Below are positions 56,201 through 63,945 of a stretch of DNA of 64,000 nt, in pieces. A program made the translations under genes and the position numbers. The stretch's first letter is position 1. Each line of letters opens with the position of its first letter. Below the pieces are notes generated by a model that was not told the DNA's origin, ran no database searches, and saw only the letters and a program-made list of their open reading frames with translations. Origin of the DNA: a virus; the IMG/VR virus record IMGVR_UViG_3300023184_003179, positions 1 through 64,000 of that record. One strand, written 5' to 3'.

Positions 56201-56424
56201 TCTGCAGATGTTTTAACTGTTCGCATCTCGGCTGAAAAAGCACCGATAGAATTTATACTACTTAAAAGATTTTTTTGTAAACTTTTTTGTGCAAGTGCTG
56301 CCGTTTCACTTGATTTGGCTATTGAGGTATGGAACTGTGCAATCTGTCGTTGGAGAGATTTTAACTGTGCTAATGCAGCAGATGAATCAATATTAATGTC
56401 AATATTTGCATTAACATCAGCCAT
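50287..56424 (-). CDS. Tail tape measure protein, 2045 aa
   Basis: TP901-type core (GINASEGANALKS), Ala/Gly-rich hydrophobic stretches, coiled coils, two GG..D.VP.MLTPGE.V motifs. Confidence 0.92.
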   Translation of the reverse strand: MADVNANIDINIDSSAALAQLKSLQRQIAQFHTSIAKSSETAALAQKSLQKNLLSSINSIGAFSAEMRTVKTSAESFTHALESNKFSMREYFRYAGASTKTFGRLFKTEFDTIGKVAEERVKRLQTQYIKMGRDTNGTMKAMAIMPTQLNMDDYGTQVQLTAQKQALFNQLMKQGSTNLLNFGKNTQWAGRQLMVGFTLPLVAFGSTASKAFMDMETQALKFRKVYGDLFTTPAQSNEALAGVKELANSFTKYGVAASQTVGLAADAAAAGFQGLDLQAQTKEATRLAVLGQIDQQQALQTTIALQNAFSISSQDLASNIDFLNAVENQTVTSLDDITTAIPKVAPVIQQLGGNVKDLAFFLTAMKEGGINASEGANALKSGLASLINPTKKASDMLASYGINAKAIVDNNKGDLKATVIGFAEALNKLDPLARARAIEQMFGKFQFARLSTLFANVAKDGNQASRVLDLANASVEQLSALSEKELGMTADSAMNKFKKSVEDLKVALVPVGQAFLQAATPIVEFVGNILEKFGKLSDGTKKVITLLTVGIGAAGPILLMTFGLLANGLANIIKLFLTLRGGYLRLTGQTQVLGEQTQYMTMEQLDAAAAAHSLNQTHANLTQTFTAETSAVKQLVLAYESAIKASSSFAMANPGMMMPIKGRKKFAKGGVVPGSGNGDTVPAMLTPGEVVVPKGIAKENMGLLASLFSGKVASRYAKGTLNVGGKAVEMNFNSAGALGQIQSVINKILSGGTELTDAEGIVAETLVRVADDSKVSFRSFIKELDIVTHSLENVQLKESVVGARKYSAKKAGITASIPEQMASRGAAGAEEVARANAAAEAVYKEYQNLGITGSKLNEALQIDRAHVIEIVNAEKRYGEAWQENAFVVQTHAENELSQSLTYERNQKAYLTALSKVDATDQEKNVLQEKITKNLALTEDELQIQAKVLKEMLADTALMKTTSAGLATTAKGALAAAGARAAMGPASPGVGSRTPQELALAKRNLALATYRGQSSFVKKLKLQGVAGMEEMLSALEKKAETHSDSKRTMRLGKNIIGGLLTGLKQGETPLQTEAAKIADIATLSKTNLYGTTGGIDPVTKSIRRQLEKQLKYKNLEQEMAIGPKVMGMMGGTTQKPSVLGRLKNVNPMKASMGMMGVGMAASMLPGTAGNIAGQASGIAFAAQAIMMLPGPLKLVAGGLAGMYGIIKITNALREKERQSIEGLGKAANLSSGQIEKLGGILNFTPLKSNLELAKPAVSGLTPQQSKQVEETRKLLQTDKEFKAQVKTLGAKDKNNNFVTDKKTTDIVFKSLALRLAGQGATKEAINNFIYTLQQEAGRTDVKFDLKSIDLNTKEGRAGLQSSVDTLLKDYQSAFNKGYAKTKIYVGSGRGGGVVKEVEVLSKDLKKNLATVSNVLQNTFMSLDTQLRSGTINAEQFSQSFDGISASIKAMPKPEALFLMSNLMKSLPSELAKAAVKIKNVADQILILKAASLGITVTESMINALAAASTETGKWDGATQRTAGRVKNELNPQINLATKFLEQMATAAKNAGTSTEKITNIEKYNKAYAIIKNFFDSQEALIRRQRKSEADLLQSKIDNAQKAVDAAQKEIDAKQELIDANNHEADLLNRKIELNYDRPIQKLQDESTILNNNLDIIRKQEDSINKQYDAQIDALEKISSLNQELAAQEKSRLTIADALTSGDISAAAVAVQEARAASAAARIDQQQKSMEASRQAALTGLTAGGMTKDQIEARTYQIGQQTFLLEQQKKVLQDQITVIQDKNYAIEQQIYTVKQNSLIPNQKIVDSTSQTLKDYNAYTDKIVESVTYLGETADKWEANRIKIEAANAQLEFTKENIKEAKTAAEGILAAWKQINNKVITITTNYVTGTAPTAPTASTTKASTTTDSPFTGFRINDRMYGGKIKAMSMGGMVPEYFASGGRIGSDSVPTMLTPGEFVVNKAASKRFGPLLKSLNESKYPSMIGAGSSGYGAPINNVSSSVSDNSTAVYNYSLGFNINGNSSNANDIARAVMTQIKNVDAQRIRGQRR

Positions 56425-56445
56425 TTAGTTCCATACCTCTTTAAA

Positions 56446-56775
56446 TTATTCAGCCATAGTTACGCCAAGAACGTCTGAAACTTCAGCAAGTTTTACACCT
56501 GATGCTGCTTCAACAATCTTGTAAACAGTTGGAAGATCAACAATCTCTTCTAACTTTGAAACGTCTTCTGAGAGTTCTGGCTTATATTGTTTCATTGCAA
56601 TCTGAACACATTCCATAAGAATGTCCATAGATTTTTCATTGTTATCCGCCACTGCTCCCACACCCTCAAACTTCTTCATAAATGGACGAAGTAGAGAGAT
56701 TTTTAGAGGACGTACTGTAACCTTTGTGCCATCAATTAGCGTAAGAATTTGTTCCTCATGCGTAGTTGTTGCCAT
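56446..56775 (-). CDS. Tail assembly chaperone, short (G-like) paralog
   Basis: Between tube and tape measure genes; homologous to the N-half of 56818..57513; AGGAGG SD. Confidence 0.75.
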   Translation of the reverse strand: MATTTHEEQILTLIDGTKVTVRPLKISLLRPFMKKFEGVGAVADNNEKSMDILMECVQIAMKQYKPELSEDVSKLEEIVDLPTVYKIVEAASGVKLAEVSDVLGVTMAE

Positions 56776-56800
56776 TATTTCCTCCTATAGGTTAATAGCA

Positions 56801-56809
56801 ATTATAGCA
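56801..56809 (-). promoter_or_regulatory. Extended -10 promoter TGCTATAAT
   Basis: Intergenic, upstream of the AGGAGG SD. Confidence 0.7.
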
Positions 56810-56817
56810 TAGAAACG

Positions 56818-57513
56818 CTATTTTCTAAGGTCTTCATAATCAAGACCCATACCAATTCCAAACCCTGCTTGCCTTGCATTTTGTCCTTGAAGTGCTAAGA
56901 TATCATTGCTATCATTTGTTGCACCTTTACTGAATACTCTTGCCTTTAAATCTTCCCATTCTTTTTGTCCCCTGCTAGATCCAGCCTCTTTATCTAAATC
57001 TACACCCTGAATTGCTGCAAGAAATTTTTTCTCTTCATAATCAAGTTCTCTACGACTTGATAGAGTTGCCATTAGTTCTGGCATAGATAATGATTCTTCT
57101 AATTCTTTATAATCTTTCCAAATACCCAATAAAAAAACCTCAGATTCTATTTTTGCAAGATCCAAGTCTGACCATGTTGCTCCACTATCTGTTGCTTGAT
57201 CCTTTACAGGCTCTTCTGATTTTTGATTAATTTTAATTCCAGCAGAAACATCTAATATTTTATAAATTGTTGGCATATCAAAACTATCTTCTACGGCTTC
57301 TTTTGTTTTTGATATTTCTGGATAGTATTGTTTCATTGCTATTCTTACACACTCAACCAAATTCTCTATGGCTTCGTCATCATTTTTTGTTAATTTAACA
57401 TCTTCAAACGCCTCCATAAATTCACGTAAATATTTTATTTTTAATGGAGTTATTTCTAATTCTGAACCATCAATTAGATTTATTATTTTACTTTGATAAA
57501 CAGTTGTTGCCAT
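56818..57513 (-). CDS. Tail assembly chaperone, long (GT-like) paralog
   Basis: G-like N-half plus in-frame C-domain (LGIWKDYKELEESLSMPEL). Confidence 0.75.
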   Translation of the reverse strand: MATTVYQSKIINLIDGSELEITPLKIKYLREFMEAFEDVKLTKNDDEAIENLVECVRIAMKQYYPEISKTKEAVEDSFDMPTIYKILDVSAGIKINQKSEEPVKDQATDSGATWSDLDLAKIESEVFLLGIWKDYKELEESLSMPELMATLSSRRELDYEEKKFLAAIQGVDLDKEAGSSRGQKEWEDLKARVFSKGATNDSNDILALQGQNARQAGFGIGMGLDYEDLRK

Positions 57514-57541
57514 AATCTTTCTATTCTATCATAAACAAAAC

Positions 57542-57568
57542 AAAAAACCCACCTCGTTAGAAGTGGGT
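57542..57568 (-). terminator. Intrinsic terminator after major tail protein
   Basis: ACCCACTT-CTAACG-AGGTGGGT followed by TTTTT. Confidence 0.8.
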
Positions 57569-57590
57569 CTTTAGTTAATCTAAAGTTAGA

Positions 57591-58223
57591 TTATGACTGT
57601 CCCCAAGTACGATCTACGATCTTACCATAGGATCCAGATGTGTCTTCAGGAAGAAGACGGAATGAAACTTCAAACATTGACGCTTCGTCACGTTTAGCAG
57701 ATACTGTTACATTTTCAATTGAAAGTGCACGGTATGCTGTGTAAACACGCTCAATAGAGTCAGATGCATCACAGTCTCCAGTTCCTGGTCCAACTGCAAC
57801 AATTCCTCGTTCTACTGGACATTCTCCAAGTTCACCTGCAGATAGATTAAGTGTCTGACCTGTAGATGCTGCCTTGTTTCCTGTAAGTTGTGTATCTTTG
57901 AATGCTAGTGCAAGAAGCAAGTTTTCTAGTGTTGCTTCAGCAAAAGCGGTAGCAAGATTAACCTGCATACCTTGCTTATATAGTTTTGCAACGTCAAGAA
58001 TCTGATCAACTGCAACCTCACCGAAATCAGGTTGGAATTGTAGTTCAAGACCGTTCATGGTGTAACCTACGTTGGTGTAATCTGCTTGTGCTGAAAGCGT
58101 AGTCTTAAAAGACTCGCTTGAATCAAAACCTTCCAGTGTACCTGGAGTAAGTGTTGTATCCGCAACAAAAAGTGCTGCTGCACCAACGATAATGTTATTT
58201 GACGTACCACGGCTATATGGCAT
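57591..58223 (-). CDS. Major tail tube protein
   Basis: NIIVGAA, VGYTMNG, VDQ, AEATLENL, FRLLP; GAGGTG SD and own terminator. Confidence 0.8.
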   Translation of the reverse strand: MPYSRGTSNNIIVGAAALFVADTTLTPGTLEGFDSSESFKTTLSAQADYTNVGYTMNGLELQFQPDFGEVAVDQILDVAKLYKQGMQVNLATAFAEATLENLLLALAFKDTQLTGNKAASTGQTLNLSAGELGECPVERGIVAVGPGTGDCDASDSIERVYTAYRALSIENVTVSAKRDEASMFEVSFRLLPEDTSGSYGKIVDRTWGQS

Positions 58224-58295
58224 ATTTGTTCACCTCTTTCATAAAGTATTATTAAGTTGTTTGGCGTGTTTCCTCAAAACTAATTATACTGCCTT

Positions 58296-58865
58296 TTATG
58301 TATATCTAGAATCGGCCTCTGTTTTTATATGGTAGTCATACTCAACAATAATCTTATTGACAAAAAGGGTTCTTGCTGAGGCTAACTCTGCAACGTCTCT
58401 ACTTTCATCTGCTTGATAGACCCTAGTGTTGTGAAAGAAGATGTTGTATGGAATTGTATCCCCTTGAGAGTTTAGGACTGGATTTGCAATAGCCCAGGAG
58501 TTGATATCTTGCGCTGATGAATCTTCACGATCAAGGGCATTAGATATTACACGAACAGAGTCTATCAATTTTCCAACATCTGTTGAATACAAGAAATATA
58601 TTAATTGTTCTCTTTTACGAGCATAGAATGGCGTTGGCCTAAACCTCATAAGTCTGTCATACACAACCAACAGTGGACTTTCTGTTTGTCTTATTACAAT
58701 GTTGTCATTGTATAAATCTTCAATGTTTGTTGGAAACTGTGCTGGAACCATTGGGCTTGGATTAAGTAGGTCTGCTTCAGCAATTAAATTATAATGAGCC
58801 AATTCTGAAAGAATGTATCCATTTAAAAATGTTGGTGGAAATCCAGTATCTGTTAATATAGTCAT
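58296..58865 (-). CDS. Tail terminator/completion protein (putative)
   Basis: Position directly upstream of the tail tube gene. Confidence 0.55.
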   Translation of the reverse strand: MTILTDTGFPPTFLNGYILSELAHYNLIAEADLLNPSPMVPAQFPTNIEDLYNDNIVIRQTESPLLVVYDRLMRFRPTPFYARKREQLIYFLYSTDVGKLIDSVRVISNALDREDSSAQDINSWAIANPVLNSQGDTIPYNIFFHNTRVYQADESRDVAELASARTLFVNKIIVEYDYHIKTEADSRYT

Positions 58866-58869
58866 AGGT

Positions 58870-59547
58870 CTATTCTACTCCAATTGTTGCATTGGCAATC
58901 CATTTAAATCCAGTTTCAATACCTTTGCTTCTTCCCATTCTTGATCCAGATTTTAGATTCTTTTTATATAATGTTGGTTTTTTAATATATTCATAAAGTC
59001 CAGATGCTTTTAAAAATGATTGTTTAAAATATCTTGAAATAAAAATATCAACTGTTGATTCAAAACTGCCAAATACTGCATCTCCTCCTGGAGAATCAAC
59101 TTTAATTGGTTTCTTAGTAAAAACATCTCCATTTGGACCACTAAATTTTAAAACTTGTGATCTAGTAGGTGAAATTGTAACTGGAATTCCATTTTCCATA
59201 ATCTTGGCTTTATTATAAAAAGGCACTGTCATGTTTTCTGATACACTTCTTGATTGTCTAAATGTAGAGTTAATTGATAGTCCAAGATTGCTAACTGTAT
59301 AATTAAGATCAAACAACCTAGATGTAGGGCTTCCAGTTTGATTCCATTCATAAACGTGATGTAATGCTTTTGGATTAGATCTTGCCTCAACATCAACGTA
59401 TTGAGCAAGGGCCTGTATTACACCTTTGCCAAGTTTATCAAGAAATATTTTTTTACCTTTTTGAACTCCTTCTAAAAAACCAAAGGAATAATTAACTATG
59501 TTATTCATTTGCATTTCAAAACTTTTAGAGTTCATTGTGACTATCAT
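58870..59547 (-). CDS. Neck/tail completion protein (putative)
   Basis: Position in head-tail joining block. Confidence 0.5.
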   Translation of the reverse strand: MIVTMNSKSFEMQMNNIVNYSFGFLEGVQKGKKIFLDKLGKGVIQALAQYVDVEARSNPKALHHVYEWNQTGSPTSRLFDLNYTVSNLGLSINSTFRQSRSVSENMTVPFYNKAKIMENGIPVTISPTRSQVLKFSGPNGDVFTKKPIKVDSPGGDAVFGSFESTVDIFISRYFKQSFLKASGLYEYIKKPTLYKKNLKSGSRMGRSKGIETGFKWIANATIGVE

Positions 59548-59996
59548 TAGTCGCCTACCGTTTGATTCTCAGTTCTGCGCCAGAGCATTTTATAATATTC
59601 TATATTTCCAAATGGCCCAGTAAAAGGCTCTACAGTTGCTATTTCATAAATAGTTCCTCTACCAGATCTAGCGCCTGCAGTTTCTTTATATATAACCAAA
59701 TCATTTGCGGTTCTGATGTTTGTAATCAGTATGTTCGTTATTGCATTGTATGAACCATTAGATGATAGTCTTGGATCATTACTTGTTCGTGCAATTAGTT
59801 TATTTTCATATTGCAAAAATGCTTCTGGCTTTATATCTTCAGTTCCTGCTCCCCCTACTGGTGTTGCATTACATATAATTGTTCTGTCGTATACCCAGTC
59901 TTTTTTAGGTTGTCCATAGTCGCCTTGGGCAAGGATTGGAAAATATATATCTGCCTTCATTGGATACATGAAATCTGTAATTTCACATACAGTCAT
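59547..59996 (-). CDS. Head closure/stopper protein (putative)
   Basis: QGDYGQ..W motif, size and position. Confidence 0.55.
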   Translation of the reverse strand: MTVCEITDFMYPMKADIYFPILAQGDYGQPKKDWVYDRTIICNATPVGGAGTEDIKPEAFLQYENKLIARTSNDPRLSSNGSYNAITNILITNIRTANDLVIYKETAGARSGRGTIYEIATVEPFTGPFGNIEYYKMLWRRTENQTVGD

Positions 59997-60982
59997 TACA
60001 ACACTCCAGGACGAACAATATTATTAACATATTTAGACAAAATCTTGTCTACAATAATATTTCCAGTACCCTCAATCATTCTCTTATCATATTCAATCTT
60101 AAATTGATCAGTACTATAATTCTTTACATATCTTTTATAGTAATCTAATTTCCCACACTTAATATCATCAATTAACAGTTTAGTTGCATCTTGAATATCA
60201 ATGGGTACAACTTTATATCCAGTTTCAAGTAAGAAAATATAGTCTGTACCTTGTTGGAATCCTACACCAGGGGTAATTGTCTGTGTGTTTCCGCTGTCTC
60301 CTGTATCAAATAATGCGTATGAGTCAGAGACTGCCAAAGGAATTCTTGATGGGCGTCTTTCTGCTCTATTTAATGAGTCTGTTGCTTGAACAGGATCTTT
60401 TGTAATTGCTGTTTTATCTTTTGTGATAATATAATTAAAGTCTCCAAGTGCTGGACCATCTGCGTCACTTGTATCATATACTAGTTCTGCATTTTCATAT
60501 GCCTTTAAAATTTTATGTGTTCTATCCCAAAGAGGAATATAGTCTGTTTCTTGTCCTACAACTTCTAGGTAATTACGTCTATAATAAAATCCATTAACTA
60601 TTGAATCAATAATTGCTCTAGCCAAAAATTCGTGTTGTTTATATTCTGCTATTTCTGTTGCTGTTGTTCCTAAAGTATTTGGATCAACATATGGACGTTC
60701 AATCTGTAGATTGTCTTCAATAACAATATCTCCACGTTCGCCATCAATGTCTTCATATACTGTTACAGAATAAGACTTATCATATTTTACAAAGTCTCCA
60801 GACAGGGTGTATGTTATGGTTCCTTCTGATGAAGATGTTTGTCCAGACTCTCCACTGACAAACACTTCAAGTTCTGTTTGCTCTGGTACGTCTTCAATAA
60901 CAAGTATGTAATCTGCTGACTCATCTGGAACTGTATAGGTTACAGAAAGCGGGTATGGTGGAATGCGAAGAATGACTGACAT
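59996..60982 (-). CDS. Head-tail adaptor protein (putative)
   Basis: ARAIIDS, GYKVVPIDIQDAT, GTGNIIVDKILSKY. Confidence 0.65.
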   Translation of the reverse strand: MSVILRIPPYPLSVTYTVPDESADYILVIEDVPEQTELEVFVSGESGQTSSSEGTITYTLSGDFVKYDKSYSVTVYEDIDGERGDIVIEDNLQIERPYVDPNTLGTTATEIAEYKQHEFLARAIIDSIVNGFYYRRNYLEVVGQETDYIPLWDRTHKILKAYENAELVYDTSDADGPALGDFNYIITKDKTAITKDPVQATDSLNRAERRPSRIPLAVSDSYALFDTGDSGNTQTITPGVGFQQGTDYIFLLETGYKVVPIDIQDATKLLIDDIKCGKLDYYKRYVKNYSTDQFKIEYDKRMIEGTGNIIVDKILSKYVNNIVRPGVL

Positions 60983-60984
60983 TA

Positions 60985-61320
60985 TTATTTACCGTAGTAT
61001 GAGGCTACTTCTTCAGGCTGTGCAATTCTGACTGCCTTACGAGTAATCCACTTTTCCGATGCCTCCTTTGAGACGATGTTATATCCCACTTTTACTTCTC
61101 CAACCCCATCCCAATAGATGTTTCTATCTGAATAAAGTGCTACCTTTTCAATTGGTGCTTTTTGTTCTGTAACGACTTCTGTTTGTCCGTTTGGAATAAA
61201 ACTTGCAATTACTTCTAAAATTTCTAATTTAGTAGATACCCCAAATAGATCAATGTTATTTTTCTTAGCATAAGATTTTAGTTCCATTACGGTCTTTTTT
61301 GCTAATTCTTCAATTGTCAT
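60985..61320 (-). CDS. Small protein with Rho-N/HeH-like N-terminal domain
   Basis: LAKKTVMELKSYAKKNNI...KLEIL; start may extend to 61338. Confidence 0.6.
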   Translation of the reverse strand: MTIEELAKKTVMELKSYAKKNNIDLFGVSTKLEILEVIASFIPNGQTEVVTEQKAPIEKVALYSDRNIYWDGVGEVKVGYNIVSKEASEKWITRKAVRIAQPEEVASYYGK

Positions 61321-61363
61321 ATAATCTCCCATACTCATTTGTAATTATACCAGAATATGACTA

Positions 61364-61393
61364 AGGGAGGACAGAAATTAATCCATCCTCCCT
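61364..61393 (-). terminator. Hairpin after the capsid gene (terminator or stabiliser)
   Basis: AGGGAGGA/TCCTCCCT stem; weak U tract. Confidence 0.55.
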
Positions 61394-61412
61394 CAATCTG
61401 GGTGGTCAATGA

Positions 61413-62567
61413 TTACGAATCAGTTGCATCTGCATCTGCATAAGATACAGCGTCTAGTTCTTCCCATTGAATACCAAAACGGACGAATACTGTGTATTCA
61501 ATTGTGTCCTTCTTTGGCTTGTATTCACGGTTTACAGTGATGTCTCTCTGGAATCCCCATACACGGTTTGCTGGGAATGTAAGATCTACATAACCTGCAG
61601 GGTAGTAAGGAACTTCAAGAACATCTACACCTAGTACACGAGTTGTGCGTGAGTTACCAAGTGTTTGTGCATTTCCATCAAGATAATCTTGACGGTTTGC
61701 TGGTGTTCCTGCTGTACGAGTAGCGAATGCTTCTGCTACTGCATCTGCAAGTGTACCGTTATTCTTAACGATACCTTGGAATGCATCTGTACCTGCATAG
61801 AACTTAAGATTGCTCTTAATTGCACGATACTTACGTGGCATGGCCAAGATAATGCTTTGCATTGTGGCTGTTGTCCACTCGTTGTTTGCTACAGTAACTG
61901 CTGCTTCGTGAGCATCATTTGCTGCAACTTGGTTTACCTGAGCAACGAAGCCAGGCATAATTGAAAGGAATGCGTCTGCGCCAGTTCCAGTTCCATTAAT
62001 CGCAAGATCTTCAATATCGTTAGCAAAAGCATTTGTCATCAAACGAACTAGATGATCTTCAAGTGCTGCACCTTCAATATTGTCTTCAAGTGATTCTGTA
62101 GAAACTTCCCAGTCCAAACGAATCTTCTTTGTTGTGAGTTCTACCTTAGAAAATGTAGCACCAACGTTTGTGTAATCTGGTGCACCCTGTGCTGCTGCAC
62201 GGATAACACGCTCTCCAACGTTGACTTTCTCAATTTCCATTGTATTTGCTCGCATAGTGACCTTACGGCCATCTTTGGCGAGAACAGTTGCATCCCACAC
62301 GTAGTCAATAAAACGACGTGCTTGTTCAGGTGCTAGAATACCACCAGAGACTCCTGTAGGATTTACGGCATTTGCTCCTGTTGTAGAACCAAATGCTGCT
62401 GTTGCTGTGTTACCAAGTTGTGCTGCTGGACTTACGTTACCGTCAGCATTACGTCCTGTTGCACCACCAACACCACCAGATACTAATGCGCCTTGGGAGT
62501 TAATTTCTGCTCCTGAGCCACCTGAACCTGGATAGTTTTTTTCTATATTTGTATTTTGTTCCGACAT
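61413..62567 (-). CDS. Major capsid protein (HK97 fold)
   Basis: GGILAPEQARRFID, ESLEDNIEG, FANDIEDLAINGTG; GGAGGTG SD. Confidence 0.9.
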   Translation of the reverse strand: MSEQNTNIEKNYPGSGGSGAEINSQGALVSGGVGGATGRNADGNVSPAAQLGNTATAAFGSTTGANAVNPTGVSGGILAPEQARRFIDYVWDATVLAKDGRKVTMRANTMEIEKVNVGERVIRAAAQGAPDYTNVGATFSKVELTTKKIRLDWEVSTESLEDNIEGAALEDHLVRLMTNAFANDIEDLAINGTGTGADAFLSIMPGFVAQVNQVAANDAHEAAVTVANNEWTTATMQSIILAMPRKYRAIKSNLKFYAGTDAFQGIVKNNGTLADAVAEAFATRTAGTPANRQDYLDGNAQTLGNSRTTRVLGVDVLEVPYYPAGYVDLTFPANRVWGFQRDITVNREYKPKKDTIEYTVFVRFGIQWEELDAVSYADADATDS

Positions 62568-62594
62568 ATTGTTCACCTCCTAGTGATATATACC

Positions 62595-63905
62595 TTAGTT
62601 AAATAGGTCGGTATTTGTGAGGAAACGACCGCCCCATAGGGATTTTTGAACCACTTGTGGTGATTCCTGTACGATCTCGCCTAGATCGCCAGACTTGCGG
62701 AAAGCGGTGTCTTGTTCTACAAGATCTACTCGCTTGCCAAACTCGTTAAAGTTACTCTTAATGCCATTAACATCAGATGTTACTGTATCAAGAGACTTTG
62801 TTACTGCTGCTACCTGCTCATTAAGAGACTTAATAGTTGCAGCAAGATCGCCAAAGGCATTAGTAAGAGAAGCATTAATTTCTGAAACTGCTTTAGCAAC
62901 TTCTTCTTTAACTTCTGAAACGGCGTCAACCACTGCTTCTTCTGCTTTCTCTACTTCTACTGCTGCTTCTTCAGCAACAGGAGAATCTGCACCGCCGTCA
63001 ACTGCTTCTGCTGCAGGTGCTTCAATAGCAACTGCAACTTCTTCAGCAACTGCAGGAGTCTCTACAACTTCTGCTGGTTGTGCCTCTGGAGCAACCTCTG
63101 CATTTTCAACTACAGCGTCTACGGCTGCTTCTGTTGATTCTGTCATGGGATTTACCTCCTTAGTAATCTTAATTGTACTAATGCCTTTAGCACTATCAAC
63201 TAAGAATTTTATCATTTCTGTATTTTCTTTATCATTTTTTTCTACAAAACCTATGTTCTGCATCTTATTACCATTGGTTGGGCTTACTGCTGATTCAGCA
63301 TCTGATACCATTACAATACCGCTTTCTGAATCCCAAAATACATTTTCAACTTCTGCTTTTGATAAATATCCACTAACAACATTTTGTCCATTTACTTTTT
63401 CAATAGATACAATGTTGGCAAATTGGTTTGCTGGATTATCTACCAAAGAAAGTTCATGTAGTTCATAATTCTTAATTACACGGATTGATTTATCTATTTT
63501 TTCATCATAGGCATCGTCCCATGTCTTAATATTTCCACCGATTGAAAAACCAGTATAGGTTCCATCCAGAACCTTTTCCCATGCATCTTGTGCACCCTTT
63601 GAAACGTATGCAGATACATAGACTCCGCTGTAAAACTTCTTATCGTTTGGATCAAAATATTTATCTTCTTTAAATGAAACAATTTTTCCAACGGCTGATG
63701 GTTGGTGCATTTCACGAAGGTTTCCACGGAAGTTTTTAAATGCTTCAACGCTGGATTCTGTTGTTACAATATCGCCCTGCTTATCAACGTTATCAAGCGT
63801 TGCAAATCCTGACACCATACGGCGTTCAACGTCTATTTTTCCAATGGGCATTGAGAGACGAACATTGTCACCTTCAGTTACCCAATGAGCCTTGTTTGTT
63901 AACAT
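62595..63905 (-). CDS. Prohead protease fused to acidic scaffold domain
   Basis: VDKQGD, REMH, GFSIGG, ELSLVDNPAN; Ala/Glu-rich linker and coiled coil; C-terminal KSLWGGRF. Confidence 0.88.
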   Translation of the reverse strand: MLTNKAHWVTEGDNVRLSMPIGKIDVERRMVSGFATLDNVDKQGDIVTTESSVEAFKNFRGNLREMHQPSAVGKIVSFKEDKYFDPNDKKFYSGVYVSAYVSKGAQDAWEKVLDGTYTGFSIGGNIKTWDDAYDEKIDKSIRVIKNYELHELSLVDNPANQFANIVSIEKVNGQNVVSGYLSKAEVENVFWDSESGIVMVSDAESAVSPTNGNKMQNIGFVEKNDKENTEMIKFLVDSAKGISTIKITKEVNPMTESTEAAVDAVVENAEVAPEAQPAEVVETPAVAEEVAVAIEAPAAEAVDGGADSPVAEEAAVEVEKAEEAVVDAVSEVKEEVAKAVSEINASLTNAFGDLAATIKSLNEQVAAVTKSLDTVTSDVNGIKSNFNEFGKRVDLVEQDTAFRKSGDLGEIVQESPQVVQKSLWGGRFLTNTDLFN

Positions 63906-63914
63906 AACGCTTCT

Positions 63915-63923
63915 ATTATAGCA
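63915..63923 (-). promoter_or_regulatory. Extended -10 promoter TGCTATAAT
   Basis: 9 nt upstream of the protease ATG. Confidence 0.65.
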
Positions 63924-63945
63924 TTTGTTTATAAGTTTTTCTCAA

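Noticed and set aside
56776-57200. Programmed -1 frameshift in the tail chaperone region
   Set aside because: The long chaperone is already one open frame and the short one has its own promoter and SD; no frameshift is needed
62695-63468. 257-aa plus-strand ORF
   Set aside because: Antisense shadow of the low-complexity scaffold region; Ser/Thr/Ala-rich with no independent signals
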